From Antedon mediterranea (taxonomy: Eukaryota; Animalia; Echinodermata), in NCBI RefSeq assembly GCF_964355755.1, contig NC_092680.1, positions 4,526,001 through 4,590,000 of the forward strand: DNA of 64,000 nucleotides, written 5' to 3'. Below the pieces are notes generated by a model, which saw nothing but the letters and a program-made list of their open reading frames with translations, searched no databases and had not been told where the DNA came from. Positions within the stretch are counted from its first letter, which is position 1. Every line of letters starts with the position of its first letter. A program made the position numbers and the translations under genes. Positions 41,660 through 53,834 of this stretch are shown in pieces.

Positions 41660-43340
41660 CTATAAGGTGATGATAACGCACTATACGTGCATATATGGCA
41701 ATAGTATAGTTTTGACATAAATGGTTACTATTGCATAATAAACATGCGCAGAGTCGATTAATGGGTTCTGCACATGTTAATTGTGCTATGTAACCAGTTT
41801 TATCGAAAAATAAAAAGTTAGAAAATTTGCCATTTTTTGGAAAAAATCCCTGTACAGGAAAATTTGTGAAAAATGGCCGATTTTCGACCCTTTTATATTT
41901 TGACATAAATGGTTTGTATACCACATTAAACATGTGTAGAGGCGACTAATGGGTTCTGTGCATGTCAATTGTGCTACAGTAACCAGTTTTGACATAAATG
42001 GTTACTATAGCATAATAAACATGCGCAGAGTCGATTAATGGGTTCTGCGCATGTCAATTGTGCTACAGTACCCAGTTTTGACATAAATGGTTACTAAAGC
42101 ATAATAAACATGCGCAGAGTCGATTAATGTGTTCTGCGCATGTTAATTGTGCTATAGTAACCAGTTTTATCGAAAAATAAAAAGAGCGAAAATTTGCCAT
42201 TTTTTTGGAAAAAATTCCTGTACTATAGTACAGGGAAATTTTCGAAAAATGGTCGATTTTCGACCCTTTTATTTTTTGACATAAATGGTTACTATAGCAC
42301 ATTAAACATGCGCAGAGGCGACTAATGGATTCTGCGCATGTCAATTGTGCTACAGTAACCAGTTTTGACATAAATGGTTACTATAGCATAATAAACATGC
42401 GCAGAGGCGACTAATGGGTTCTGCGCATTTCAATTGTGCTATCATAACCATATTTGACATAAATGGTTACTATAGCATAATAAACATGCGCAGAGAGGAA
42501 TAATGGGTTCTGCGCATGTCAATTGTGCTACAGTAACCAGTTTTGACATAAATGGTTACTATAGCATAATAAACATGCGCAGAGACGAATAATGGGTTCT
42601 GCGCATGTTAATTGTGCTATAGTAACCAGTTTTAACAAAAAATAAAGAGGTCGAAAATTTGCCATTTTTTCGAATAATTGTGCTATAGTAACCATTTATG
42701 TCAAATATGGTTATGATAGCACAAAAAATATAAGGGTCGAAAATCGGCCATTTTTTTTAAATTTCCCATTCAAAAATGGCCAAAAATATCGACTTTATAA
42801 AATTCAATTATCATGCAATACTATTGCCATATATGCACATATATTGAGTTATCATCATCTTATAGTCATAGTAACCAGTTTTGTCAAAAAATAAAAGGGT
42901 GGAAATTTTGTCATTTTTCGAAAATGTCCCTGTACTATAATAGTACAGGGATTTTTTCAAAAATAGCCAAAATATCGACTTTTAAAATTCAATTATTATG
43001 CAATAATATTGCCATATATACAGTACGCATATATTGCGTTATTCGTCATTTTTAGAAATTTTACCTGCGTACTGGACTCTATTAGATGATGATAACGCAG
43101 TATATACGCATATATGGCAACATTATTGCATACAAATTGAATTTAAAAAAACGATATTTTGGCCATTTTAAAAAAAAAACCGTCTAGATGACAATTTTCG
43201 ACCCTTTTATTTTATTGAAATAACTGCTTACTATATCATAATTCACATGCGCAGAGTCAACTAATGTGTCTTCGCATGTCAATCATAACTATATCTATAG
43301 TAACCAGTAAAAAAAATATGGAAAGGTCAAAAAATTGCCA
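41660..43340. repeat. Composite array of 89-bp palindromic units and ~100-bp palindromic spacers, bounded by inverted repeats (foldback-like)
   Basis: Unit starts (GACATAAATGG) at 41714, 41902, 41991, 42080, 42278, 42367, 42456 and 42545. Each unit reads GGTTACTATAGCA..ACATGCGCAGA-loop-TCTGCGCATGT..TGCTATAGTAACC. 41661-41707 is inverted at ~42817-42864. Confidence 0.9.
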
Positions 43341-43803
43341 ATTTCGAAAATGATTTTTTTCAAATATTTTGTATAATTATTAGGCCTATTTGTACGTATA
43401 ACATTGTTATATTATCATCTTATAATGCCATTGACCATTTCAAGTCGACAAATAAAAAGGCAGAAATTCGGCCATTTTCGAAACCCCAGCAATGTATTTA
43501 GTCTCAACAAAATGAACCTATGGCAAGCCACGATAAGTGTATCACTTTTATTCTTATCTGGATATTATTGTAGTAGCCTACTCTCATTCATTGTAGGCCT
43601 ACGCCTAATTTATAACCTATTATATGAAACATGAATACATTGAAACAGAAAACAAGCGGTGCTATTAAATTAATCAAGCATATATTTACTCGAATTATGA
43701 TTTAAATTGATACAGATAATATTTACTTTTATTTAAATACATTAATTATGTTTATAGTATTGGTAACATTTTAGTAAATCACCTATGATTTCATTCAACC
43801 AAA

Positions 43804-46028
43804 TTAGTTGCAATGTTCGTTGACGTCAGTTGTAGTCTTGCGTTTCCAGGCGAAGAGGAAATGTCCAAATCCTGCTCCGAGAACAACAGAAAGCCCGATC
43901 CAGACGTCAAACGTCATCACTAACAGCATTAACATGTAGCTCACAGTCACTTGTACGATATGAAGCAACGACTGTAGAAGGTTCCAAGCACTCCACATTG
44001 TTGACCTGTGTAAGAAGTAAAACGAAGAAAAATTTTTAGTGTATTGTTTTTATACTGTACAATCTATAGTTCATCACTAAAAGTCAGATCATATCTACAT
44101 ACATTCTCTCGAATTAAGAATAATATAGATCCGCTACGCAACATATTTCTAGTGTCGAATTTACAAAAGAAGAATAACCAATTCCTGAAACTTGTAGTAT
44201 AAATTGTAATTACGGTAATTACAATATTAAGAAAGACATAGAGTAAAAGTAGCCCTACAACGTACTTGACCAACATAATTTGACACAGGAATTAGGCCTA
44301 ACATACTTCAACCATGGAGTAAAGATTCTTTACTCCATGCTTCAACACGCAAAAGAGTTTCAAAATTAAAAGTGTAATTACTAATAATAAAGAGAATACG
44401 GTAGGCCTATAAAAAATGAATCGATAACCCAAATGAATTATCCAGATATTGATAATAAATCGATACTTACCCATATTCGTCATCCAATTGAGCAAGCGGG
44501 GTCATGCTTCCACTCTTTTCAAGATCGGTGGCTTCGTATCCACGTTGTTTTGAATAACGATGAATGAGTATTTCCCGGAAAACCTTCAAACCTTCGTAGA
44601 GAGCGGCAATTACAAAGATGACGACACATGCCGCGATAAAACCTACAACAAAACAAACATGTTTTGAACTTTAAAATAAAACAAAACTAAAAACAAGTAC
44701 ATCAGACCAATTGAGGAAATAAACAAAAATTTAAAATTGAATAGAACACAAATTGATATAAAAAACGTAAATTAGTTAATTGTCATATTGACATGTTTTA
44801 CATTTGTGTACAATCTTTCAATTACTGAACCAAATTATAGGATTTATCAGTACACGTAATGGCTGGCTTGGTTCATGTTCTATTGAACGTAATGGCTGCA
44901 GTATGATCCTGTTTAGTCTTTGTGTATTGTGGCTGCTGAAATAGAAATAATATTTTGAATTGTGAACGAGAATGCAAACAATTAAACAACGGCGTCCCTG
45001 GATGTTCGTGACGCTTATTGTTCAATGTTATATAGCATCACCATTTTAAATCAAGTTTTTAGTAGAAAGCTCAAGAAGAATTAATGAATAAAACGAATAA
45101 GATAGACTACTTACTTCCTATATCGTCCTCGATTACACTGAAATTTTGAAACAGCAAAATCACTTTCTCGCCAATGGTAAAATATCCCTGAATTATTCAA
45201 GAAAAATGGGAGTGAACATGAGATAAAAATATTATAAAATACAGTGGCCTATGTAAAATGTACACAATCGTGGCATGCATAAACAATTTTAAATAAGGAC
45301 ATAATTATTCCATGGCCACGCCACAGTTCGAGTCCAACCAGATAATACCTGCTAAAGCTATATGTCTACACTATCAAACTAGTTTAACATAAAAAAAAGG
45401 TGTGATGTGCCCAAATATGGTAGTTGATGCTCAAATATGGTACAGTAGTGATATGACATCATCATGTCCATATATGGGCACATCACATTTTTTTGTCACA
45501 TAAAGTTTGATAGTGTAGACAGAGATTAATAGTGTTCAGTACCTTACATGAGGTGAAAATATCGGGCCAATACAAATATGTGTTTTAATATTGTGAATAC
45601 TACTGTACATTAAAAGACATACACCATTCCGTCTATGCGCAATTAAACTGAGTTGTCTATAGTGAATCTTACATCTTTCTACAACTTTTTATTTAAGTCA
45701 CCAAACTGTTGCCACTAAACTGTCGACTGTCTTATTTAACTCGACTCCGCCTCGTTAGATACATTCAATCTTTTAAATCATAAAATATAAATATTCTCCA
45801 CAATCATTAACTCATAAGCTTTCATATTGTATGGTTACTTACATTGTGACCACCAGATGAATGATCAGAAGAACCGGGATCGTGAGACATATGATCCTCT
45901 GTGGCCATTCCCATGTGGTGGAGGTTGTGGTTGTGTGTCGTCATTGCATGGTGTCCACCATGTGCACCGTTCATCATGCCGGTGGTCATCATATTATGAT
46001 GTCCGGGTTCATCGGACATCATGTGCAT
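43804..46028 (-). CDS. SLC31A1: Ctr/SLC31 copper transporter (Ctr1-like), ~210 aa
   Basis: Exons on -: 46028-45843, 45187-45115, 44642-44471, 44005-43804 (GT-AG, 633 nt in frame). His/Met-rich ectodomain, TM1 FIAACVVIFVIAALYEGLKVFRE, TM2 LQSLLHIVQVTVSYMLMLLVMTF with MxxxM, TM3 with GxxxG-type SVVLGAGFGHFLF, and C-terminal EHCN. Confidence 0.95.
45356..45525. mobile_element. Harbinger-type MITE family A copy in a ctr1 intron
   Basis: TAA|AGCTATATGTCTACACTATCAAAC ... GTTTGATAGTGTAGACAGAG. Confidence 0.82.
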
Positions 46029-46682
46029 CGTCTCTGTCACCTTTTGCTGAAAAAGTTTTGAAGATATAAACCTGTAAGTTGGGTACTGGGTATTGGAATT
46101 TCGTACTACCAAACAATTGTCTTCATAATTATTCATAATTATTAATGAAATGCATCGTCGGAAAATTAACCACATGACAATGCAGATCACAAAAGTATTG
46201 TCTGCATTGTTTTGATGGCGCAATTTTTCGTTTTATTGTATTTTGTTAGACCTAACCGACCTGACTTTTTGTAACACAGCAGTGGCTCAGAAAATAAATA
46301 ATGGAAGTAAGAACTATACATAAACTCAAGTCTGATATATATTTAGTCTGAGTTGGTTAATGTAACATTTAGGTAAAATCCACATACAGTATTGTAAGCG
46401 TAACACTAAATGTAGCATTGTTGATTCAGCCATAAGGAAATGACCTGAGATCACGCACAGGCCTAAGATTTTAAAACAAACCTCATGAACTTCATACTTT
46501 AATAGAGTATTTTGATAGTTTCCAACTATTACTCAACTTACCATATTGTAGGTCTACTATCATGCGTAATCCAAATTGTTTAACTCTTGTTTTTAGGCTG
46601 TATGTTTCTTTAATAACAACTTGTTTTGAAGCTTAGTTTAAAATGCCTCAGTAATTCTAATACAAACAATGAAAGCACATAC

Positions 46683-46830
46683 CGTGTCAAAACCTATACA
46701 ATTCGGCAGAAGCAACAGACAATGCGAGCACAATAATAGAACACCTAAATGTTAAGCAGTTGATAATGCTCACGTGATTTACTCTGACGTAAACAACAAC
46801 CTGTAGTTCTTCATTCTTTTATTGGTCTAT
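46683..46830 (-). promoter_or_regulatory. Putative non-coding first exon and promoter of ctr1
   Basis: Candidate donor (G|GTATG on -) at 46682-46681, E-box TCACGTGA at 46770, CRE-like TGACGTAA at 46785 and CCAAT (ATTGG) at 46821. Confidence 0.35.
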
Positions 46831-48130
46831 TTATTTTTCTTCTTACATTTTATTTGCTTAATAAGCCTATATGTTCCCAGGTTAGTACCAGAGTAGTAGT
46901 AGAGTAATACTTTGAATAATTATGAAATTAGTTTCTTTTCATCTAATTCATTTAATGCCAAATTCTCACTTATTGTACCATTCGTCCCGCGGCTATATTA
47001 TACCTTTCATATTAAATAGAAAACGTTCTCGATACTTATGCGACCCAAACTTCCATCGGTCATTTCTGGTACTCCATTGGCAACTCCTTTACCGTATAGG
47101 TAAAGCGATGCATTTTCAATAAATTGAATACTAAAATATGAATAATTCATGTTTCATGAAAAAAAATAGAAGCATGTTTCATATTTCAATTGCGACGGAA
47201 TTGTACGAATGAAAAACATAAGGAATATAAGAACATTTTTGTTAAAACTCTTAAAGAAATATATCATGAACCGGATGGTAATATCGGAAATAGGTAGGAC
47301 TAACCAAACCAACCAAAAAATGCTGCATATATATTACAAAGAACAATCATAGTCGATGTCATGAAAAGGAAACCATTTTGACGAAGAGTTGATGACGACA
47401 AGTTTGTTTTGTTATTTAAAATATCTATTTACGGTATGTTATTTTCATAAAATGTTGTTTCTATTTTTTTATTACTGCGTATAAAGAGAGGGCGCAGTCA
47501 TTTAGCAGGTCGACTACAACCGAATATATTTACGTTTCGTGACAGGGTGGAAAGGCGAAGATTGACACCGATCAATATCTTCATATCGGTAAAGTATTCT
47601 CATAACCTTTATTGTAATAATTTAGTAAAAATTAACTTACGAATGTATGTTAGAGAATGGACCAGTTATTTAAAGTTATGTAGGCTTATTAGCATAGGTA
47701 TATTGATTGTTGAGTCCTCGAATATATCCGGTTAGGCCTACCTGTACAACAAGGAAGTAAATGTTCATCATTCGGGTCTGGTATTAAAAACTATTACAAT
47801 GTTTGTGTTGAATTCTGATGAATACATGAAAGAAGTATAATTTTATTTCTTTTGTAATATTATTATTGAAAAAAAAAGATATTTGAAAAAAAAGGAGTGT
47901 GGTCAGAATAAAATATTATCATTACTAAAGATATGAACCTAATATGCGGCCTACACTAAGTTTTTTTTTTGCAGATCATAACAATAATAATCTCTACATC
48001 AGGTCGTCGTAATTGCATTTACTGTAGGGTGTATAGAATATAGGCATATCAACTAATTAATTTCTTCTATAATAATTGAACTATGAACTTTTCTTTGTTT
48101 ATAGAAAGATATACATACAGTACCAGGAAA

Positions 48131-51100
48131 ATGGATAAAAAGGTGTTGAATTACTTGAAAGGATATGCTGAATCGTTCAAGCGGAGTTTTAACATGCGAG
48201 TTTTAGCAGAAGATACTGAGATTAAAGAAGCTTACAAAACAGCTCAAGAAAGAGGAAAAGTACCATTTAACAGAACAAAGCTTCTTATTATGGGTGATCA
48301 TGGTGCCGGGAAAACGTCAACCTGCAGGCGTTTACAAGGAAAAGACTTTCGACCAGAAGAGCCTAGTACAATCGAAATAGAAACAAACACTGTTACAGTG
48401 AACGTTAGTGATGTTAATAGTAAATGGTGTGAAGTGACCAGCACTCCACTTGAAGATTATGAAAGTTCAGCAGCGTGGTGGACAGTATCACGTGTGCTCA
48501 AACAGAGCAAACTTAAGACATCGAGGGCATTTGATTCGTCTGACACAAATACACTATCAATCCGGAAGCTACTGGAGGACGCTTGTTATCTAATGTTGTA
48601 TCTGATCCCTTTTACTGTCATACTATGTTTTGGTGGGTTTACATTCGGATTCGGGCCAGTTGTGTGGTTATACATCGTTTGTATTATGACAATATGTGAT
48701 GTCCACAGTGCATATCGCGTTGGTTGTGGATACACTATAGTGATGGTCCTTGTAGATAGCGCAACACAATTAAGCGAGCAGACTGAATATTTACAAAATA
48801 TGGAGTTAAATACATGGGTTTATTTTACAGCACCACTAATGATTGTTTGCTTGTGTGGATTGGGTTCGTTTATCGTCGGAGTGCTTATGAGTACAGGTGG
48901 TAGGACTGGTATCTGTTTAGCATTGTGCATCATGGTACATCCAAAACAATACATTATTTCTATGGACGTTTTTTTAGAAAAACTGTCATTTATTTGCGAA
49001 CTATATCTTAAATTCGTCATTTCTGCAGTCATTGTAACAGTAATTTATAGAAGAATTCACACACAAATATTTTCAATCAGTCGAAGAAAGTTTACTATTG
49101 TATTATTACTTAACATAATGATTATCATTGCAGCAACGTTTTATTTCGGAAGAAACCATTTTGTTGACATATGTATTTTATTTTGTTTTATTGCACTTAT
49201 ATTTTCGTTTACATGCGGGCTTATATTAGGAAGAAAGATTATGGCTTATGGGTATGTGCCTGAAAATTACCTTTTAAAGAAATCTTTTGGTTTTATAGCT
49301 GGAATATGTTTAGCAAAAATATGTGGCTGGAGATTTGGAAATGCAATCAATTTAATTAATGTAATTGATGGCCATAATCATTCAAAATCACGGTATTTTT
49401 TGGACTTGTTTTTATTTTTTGCACCAATTGTTGCTTTTATTGTCTATGAGTTATTCTCATATGTCAAAGTAAAAACTACGTCATCAATACCAATACCGCA
49501 TATCAGAAAATCAATGAAAGCGGATCTTCGAAATGAAACAAATATTGATGCGAGACTAAGTTTATGGGATTTTTCAGGACAAGAAATGTACTATAATACA
49601 CACCATCTATTTATGCCAAAGCAAGGCGTATACTTGGTTGTTTTCAACGCTGTAGAAGCGATTTCTAATCCTGATAGACACATTAAACGGCTACAATTCT
49701 GGTTACAATCTATTGCTATGCATGTTGATATTGAGAATGTTGTAGTGTTTCTTGTAGGAACAAGAAGAGGAAGTGTACGTGATGCAAATGCGTTTTCTAC
49801 TTTTGATAAATTTGTAAATGTACATCTTTATAAAAGGTTTTCACGATTGCTTGCTTTTCATCCAAGTGGACGACTTTGCTTTTTTATTGAAAACGCATTC
49901 CAAATTGATAAGGAGCTTACCATCTTACGAGAGAGGATATATAGTGAAGTTTCGAAATTGAAATACTTTTGTGAAAAGTTTTCTTTGAAATACTTATTAT
50001 TTAAAAACACGTTAAATGGATTTCGACATAGACATTCTGTTATTGTGAGTATAAAAGAAATTAAAAATGAATTAAAGTTAACAAGCAAAATCTTTGTGAA
50101 ATATGAAGTGCGTCAACTTTTAGATTTCTTTGATAAATCTGGAGATATTATATACAATAAACTCGATGAACTACTTCAGAATTATGTTGTTTGTGATCCT
50201 CAAGTATTAATAGACATTCTGAAATTATTGGTGAATGTACCTGAACCTCACAAAAGAAACAGAGCCGTGTCTGATCTTTGGCAGAGATTACTGGAAACCG
50301 GAATTGTTGATAGTAGACTATTGGAACACATTTGTAGAAACAAAGAAATTTGGAGAGTTTATCCTTATGTTATTCGGTACTTGGTCGGAACACAGTTGAT
50401 GTTTCCACTTACAATAACTAATCAAGTTGATCAAGTTGGAACATTCTGTCTTCCTTGCAAATTGCCCAAAATTGATTCAATGCAATTTGAAATGTATTAT
50501 AGTGATCATATTTCTGACACATTTTATTTCGATTTTAGTGAAGTTTTGATAGAATATATATTTCTTCGACTTATTGCAAAATGCTGTCAAGATTTTGATT
50601 GGACTAGAATATATTATAACTGTGCACATTTCAAAGCAAGTGAAACATTGTTTTTTCAAATAAACACTGAAACAGTTTCTTCAGGCAGTATTTTTCTATA
50701 CGATAGAAATCTCATCAAACTATCAGTTTCTAAAGAAATTCCGAGTCAATCAGTTAATATCTTACAGAAAATACATTCTTTCATTGAAGAAATAATTTTA
50801 CAGACATTTAATCCAGATTACTTTCGTGATCAGTATGTTTGTGGTCCAGTATGTGAAAGATGTAGTTCATTGGATGGAACGATGTGTTTGGTGAATCTTG
50901 TTGCAATAAGTACAGATGTTTCTGCATTGAATGAATACAGACCAGATGAACACCACAAAGTTTATCGTAAACCAGAGGTAACTATTAATACTTTTTGCTT
51001 GTTTTTACGCCATCTTTCAATGAATTTAATTACTGTATATGTGTGCCTAAACAGACAATAATTTGGATTTTTATTTTAAATGCTTTTTTCTTCTTTTTTC

Positions 51101-51132
51101 AGTTCTGTTTTACCTGCAGTAGAGACCAATAA
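48131..51132 (+). CDS. Roco-family (ROC-COR) GTPase with multi-pass transmembrane insert, paralog 1 (~958 aa)
   Basis: Exons 48131-50977 and 51103-51132; the acceptor at 48104 makes ATG 48131 the likely start. P-loop KLLIMGDHGAGKTS, G2 STIEI, G3 LSLWDFSGQEMYYNTHHLF, WLQSI, G4-position VFLVGTRR, G5 FIEN, and COR motifs LDFFDKSGDIIY, VVCDPQVL, FCLPCKL, FLRLI. Hydrophobic block at ~48590-49465. Confidence 0.9.
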
Positions 51133-52883
51133 GCGCCAATCAATAAACAGCCATGTATTTTCTATGCAATCAGTTATATACAGAGTAGATATCTAGGCCT
51201 ACATACAGGCGGTACTGTATAATAATTAGGGTGTAAGTGAATCAGTTTGCCCATTTTATGTCATTTGATACCGAATAATCAAATGTTTGAAAAAAAACTA
51301 ATATTAAATAGACTACTATAAAAATGTATTTTTGTTTCTTGGTCAAATAAAAGCACAGCGCATATTTATAGCTAAGCTTGGTATAGAATATACATTGTCG
51401 GGATTGTGTACTGCTGTGACTGCTGTTCTGTGCCCAATATAGTAATATCCAAATAATGAATGTTTACAGGCCTATAAGTTGGATGGCGGAGAATACTTCA
51501 TAAGTTCAAATATTGCTATATTTAACAAGGCGGAGCCGATTTGTATAATATCAACCTGATATTATATTGAGTCAATCTTTTAATTCATAAACATATTCTC
51601 CCCCCCCCCCCCATCCAACGAATACAAAACGTAGGCTACATTCATTATTTATTTTATACACACCTTTAACGTTAAAAGGTAAAAGGCAGATAAGCGATAC
51701 AAAAAGTCTCTATAGGCAATTGAAACTGATCTAAGCTCATTTTTTCCAACAGCTTCATGTCTTGTACAGTTGTTTTCATTAATTATTAAAAATCATACAA
51801 ACGACCTATAACTTAGTTTTTTGTTGGGATTTCCACCGTACGACTACGACAACAACAACAAATATAATAACACTAATAATGTTTTAAATATAATATGGCT
51901 AAGCAGCTGTTTTTTCATGAATCTCCATGTAGGCCTAGTGATATAGTGAAGTGGTAGTCAGTACTGTAGTAGGCTCGTTATAGTTGAATTCTTTATCAGA
52001 AACATTTGCTTCTGCCGTATTGTTTGATTTTATCGAAGCAGATTGCTTGTGAAATGTCTGTATGATGTTGTTGTCGACTTAACTTAACAGCGTATTCGCC
52101 ATCAAGAAGCCTTTGTTTATTTTATAACTTTGCGAGCGGTTTGTCGGCAGAAGGAATTGAACGTTTCATGTCAGACTGAAGCGTATCCTTATATTTTTAG
52201 TCCATGGTAAGATCTACTGCATGCTTATTAGAAAACGTTGAATAACAATACTAAAGAATTTAGGGCAATCTACTTTTGTCTGATAAAAAGCTTTCCTTTT
52301 GTAACTTTATACTATAGAGTATGGTACCTTTAAAAGGAGATTGTAGAGCATCGATTTTTGTATGAGTATTGAGTAAAGAATCAATTATATCAGCAACAAT
52401 CATACATTACAAACACTGAGATAGTAGCAAATAATAGCTAGCGTGACATGTTAAAAAATAATACAAGAATTAAATCATTACGATATGCGTTGAAATAGTG
52501 TGAGTCTGGGACTTGATATTAGTAAAAAGATAAATATTTTGGCATAATGGCGTTTCATACGTATACTATTTGAGCTTGTAAACTCCGTCTGGGCAAGCGC
52601 GTACAATTCACGTGATTTGACAACGAGAATTCTTGGTGCATACTCTTATCCGATTGACTAGTTTTAGCCGAAAATATTTGAATATGATTTTTTGGAAATT
52701 TCAAATATTTAACAAATAAGATGATGCGCATGCGTTATATTACGTTTTGACGATGTGGAGACACACACGTACTCCATGTCGTCTTCGCGAAATGACGATG
52801 TGATGATGAAAGTTTCTGTGAATGCTAGATATGGAAATGATTTTACGCCTAGTCTGGTAAATAGTTACAGAGAAAGGCATAAT

Positions 52884-52893
52884 GGGACTTTCC
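52884..52893 (+). promoter_or_regulatory. Perfect canonical NF-kB site GGGACTTTCC upstream of Roco paralog 2
   Basis: Exact 10-mer beside a locally CpG-enriched patch (52560-52800) with TCACGTGA and GCGCATGCG motifs. Function untested. Confidence 0.4.
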
Positions 52894-53834
52894 CCAAGAA
52901 CAAGAACACTAACAGTGGGCAACACTCTTTCAATACCTGTCAAAATTTATATTTCAACAATTGTCTTATAAATACGTAATAACCTGTGTTTAGTCGGGTG
53001 ATTTTATTTAATACACCTTTACTATATTTTGTTTGTATTCATTTGTGTAAAGTAATGATCTACTGTATGTATCGATGTAAATTGGAGGAGGGGGGGGCGG
53101 GGGGTAGGATAGGGGTTGATAGTTGCTTTTGCCTTTTTACTTTTCTGTTAATTGTTATATTTTATATTGTTATTGTAAAGGATGCACCTTTGTGCTAAGT
53201 GTGCCACCGATCTAAAGGTGTAATTCCAAATAAATAAATATTGCCATTAGGCCTATGGTTATATGTTATACGATATACTGCATGTTTATTGGATAGCATT
53301 GGATTCCGATATTAGACTCTTTGTCTATAAGATTCTCCTCTGTAATTGTATACAAAACAACAATTTGTAAAACTTAGTTTCTAAAGATAAATTTTAAAGG
53401 CACTATCTTGAGCTTCTTTGTTACTTATGCTGGTATTAGCTTTATTGAGAGAGTACGTACGTAATTCTCATTGCGGAATTCAATAAAACTAAAGCAGTGT
53501 AAGACTGTTCTTTGTTCTATTGACTCGGAGTGTCTGTTATGTTTATAATGTATACAGATTATTTTTATAATACTGTAGTATACTGTAACACAAAAATGTA
53601 AAGCGAAAATCAGACGACTGTACTCGATCGTTTCCTAGAATAACTCTTGAAATCACTGAATCAGGAACTTAAAGAAGCAATCGATTACCAGTTCAAGTAA
53701 CATTATTGAAATACAATCTAGAGGTACTGACAATACAATACTGTCAAAGTAACACGGTAAGAACTACTAAATGCTAACTAATTATGATTGATAACACGTT
53801 AGCTGTTGTTAATGATATTTTATTGTGATATTAA

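Noticed and set aside
41700-42640. CRISPR-like or ncRNA hairpin array, and the ORFs 41649-42371 (-)
   Set aside because: Loops are homologous rather than unique spacers; the ORFs are translations of the repeat.
48083-48130. N-terminal extension MNFSLFIERYTYSTRK of Roco paralog 1
   Set aside because: It overlaps a polypyrimidine tract and acceptor (48104); paralogs 2 and 3 start at the position equivalent to ATG 48131.
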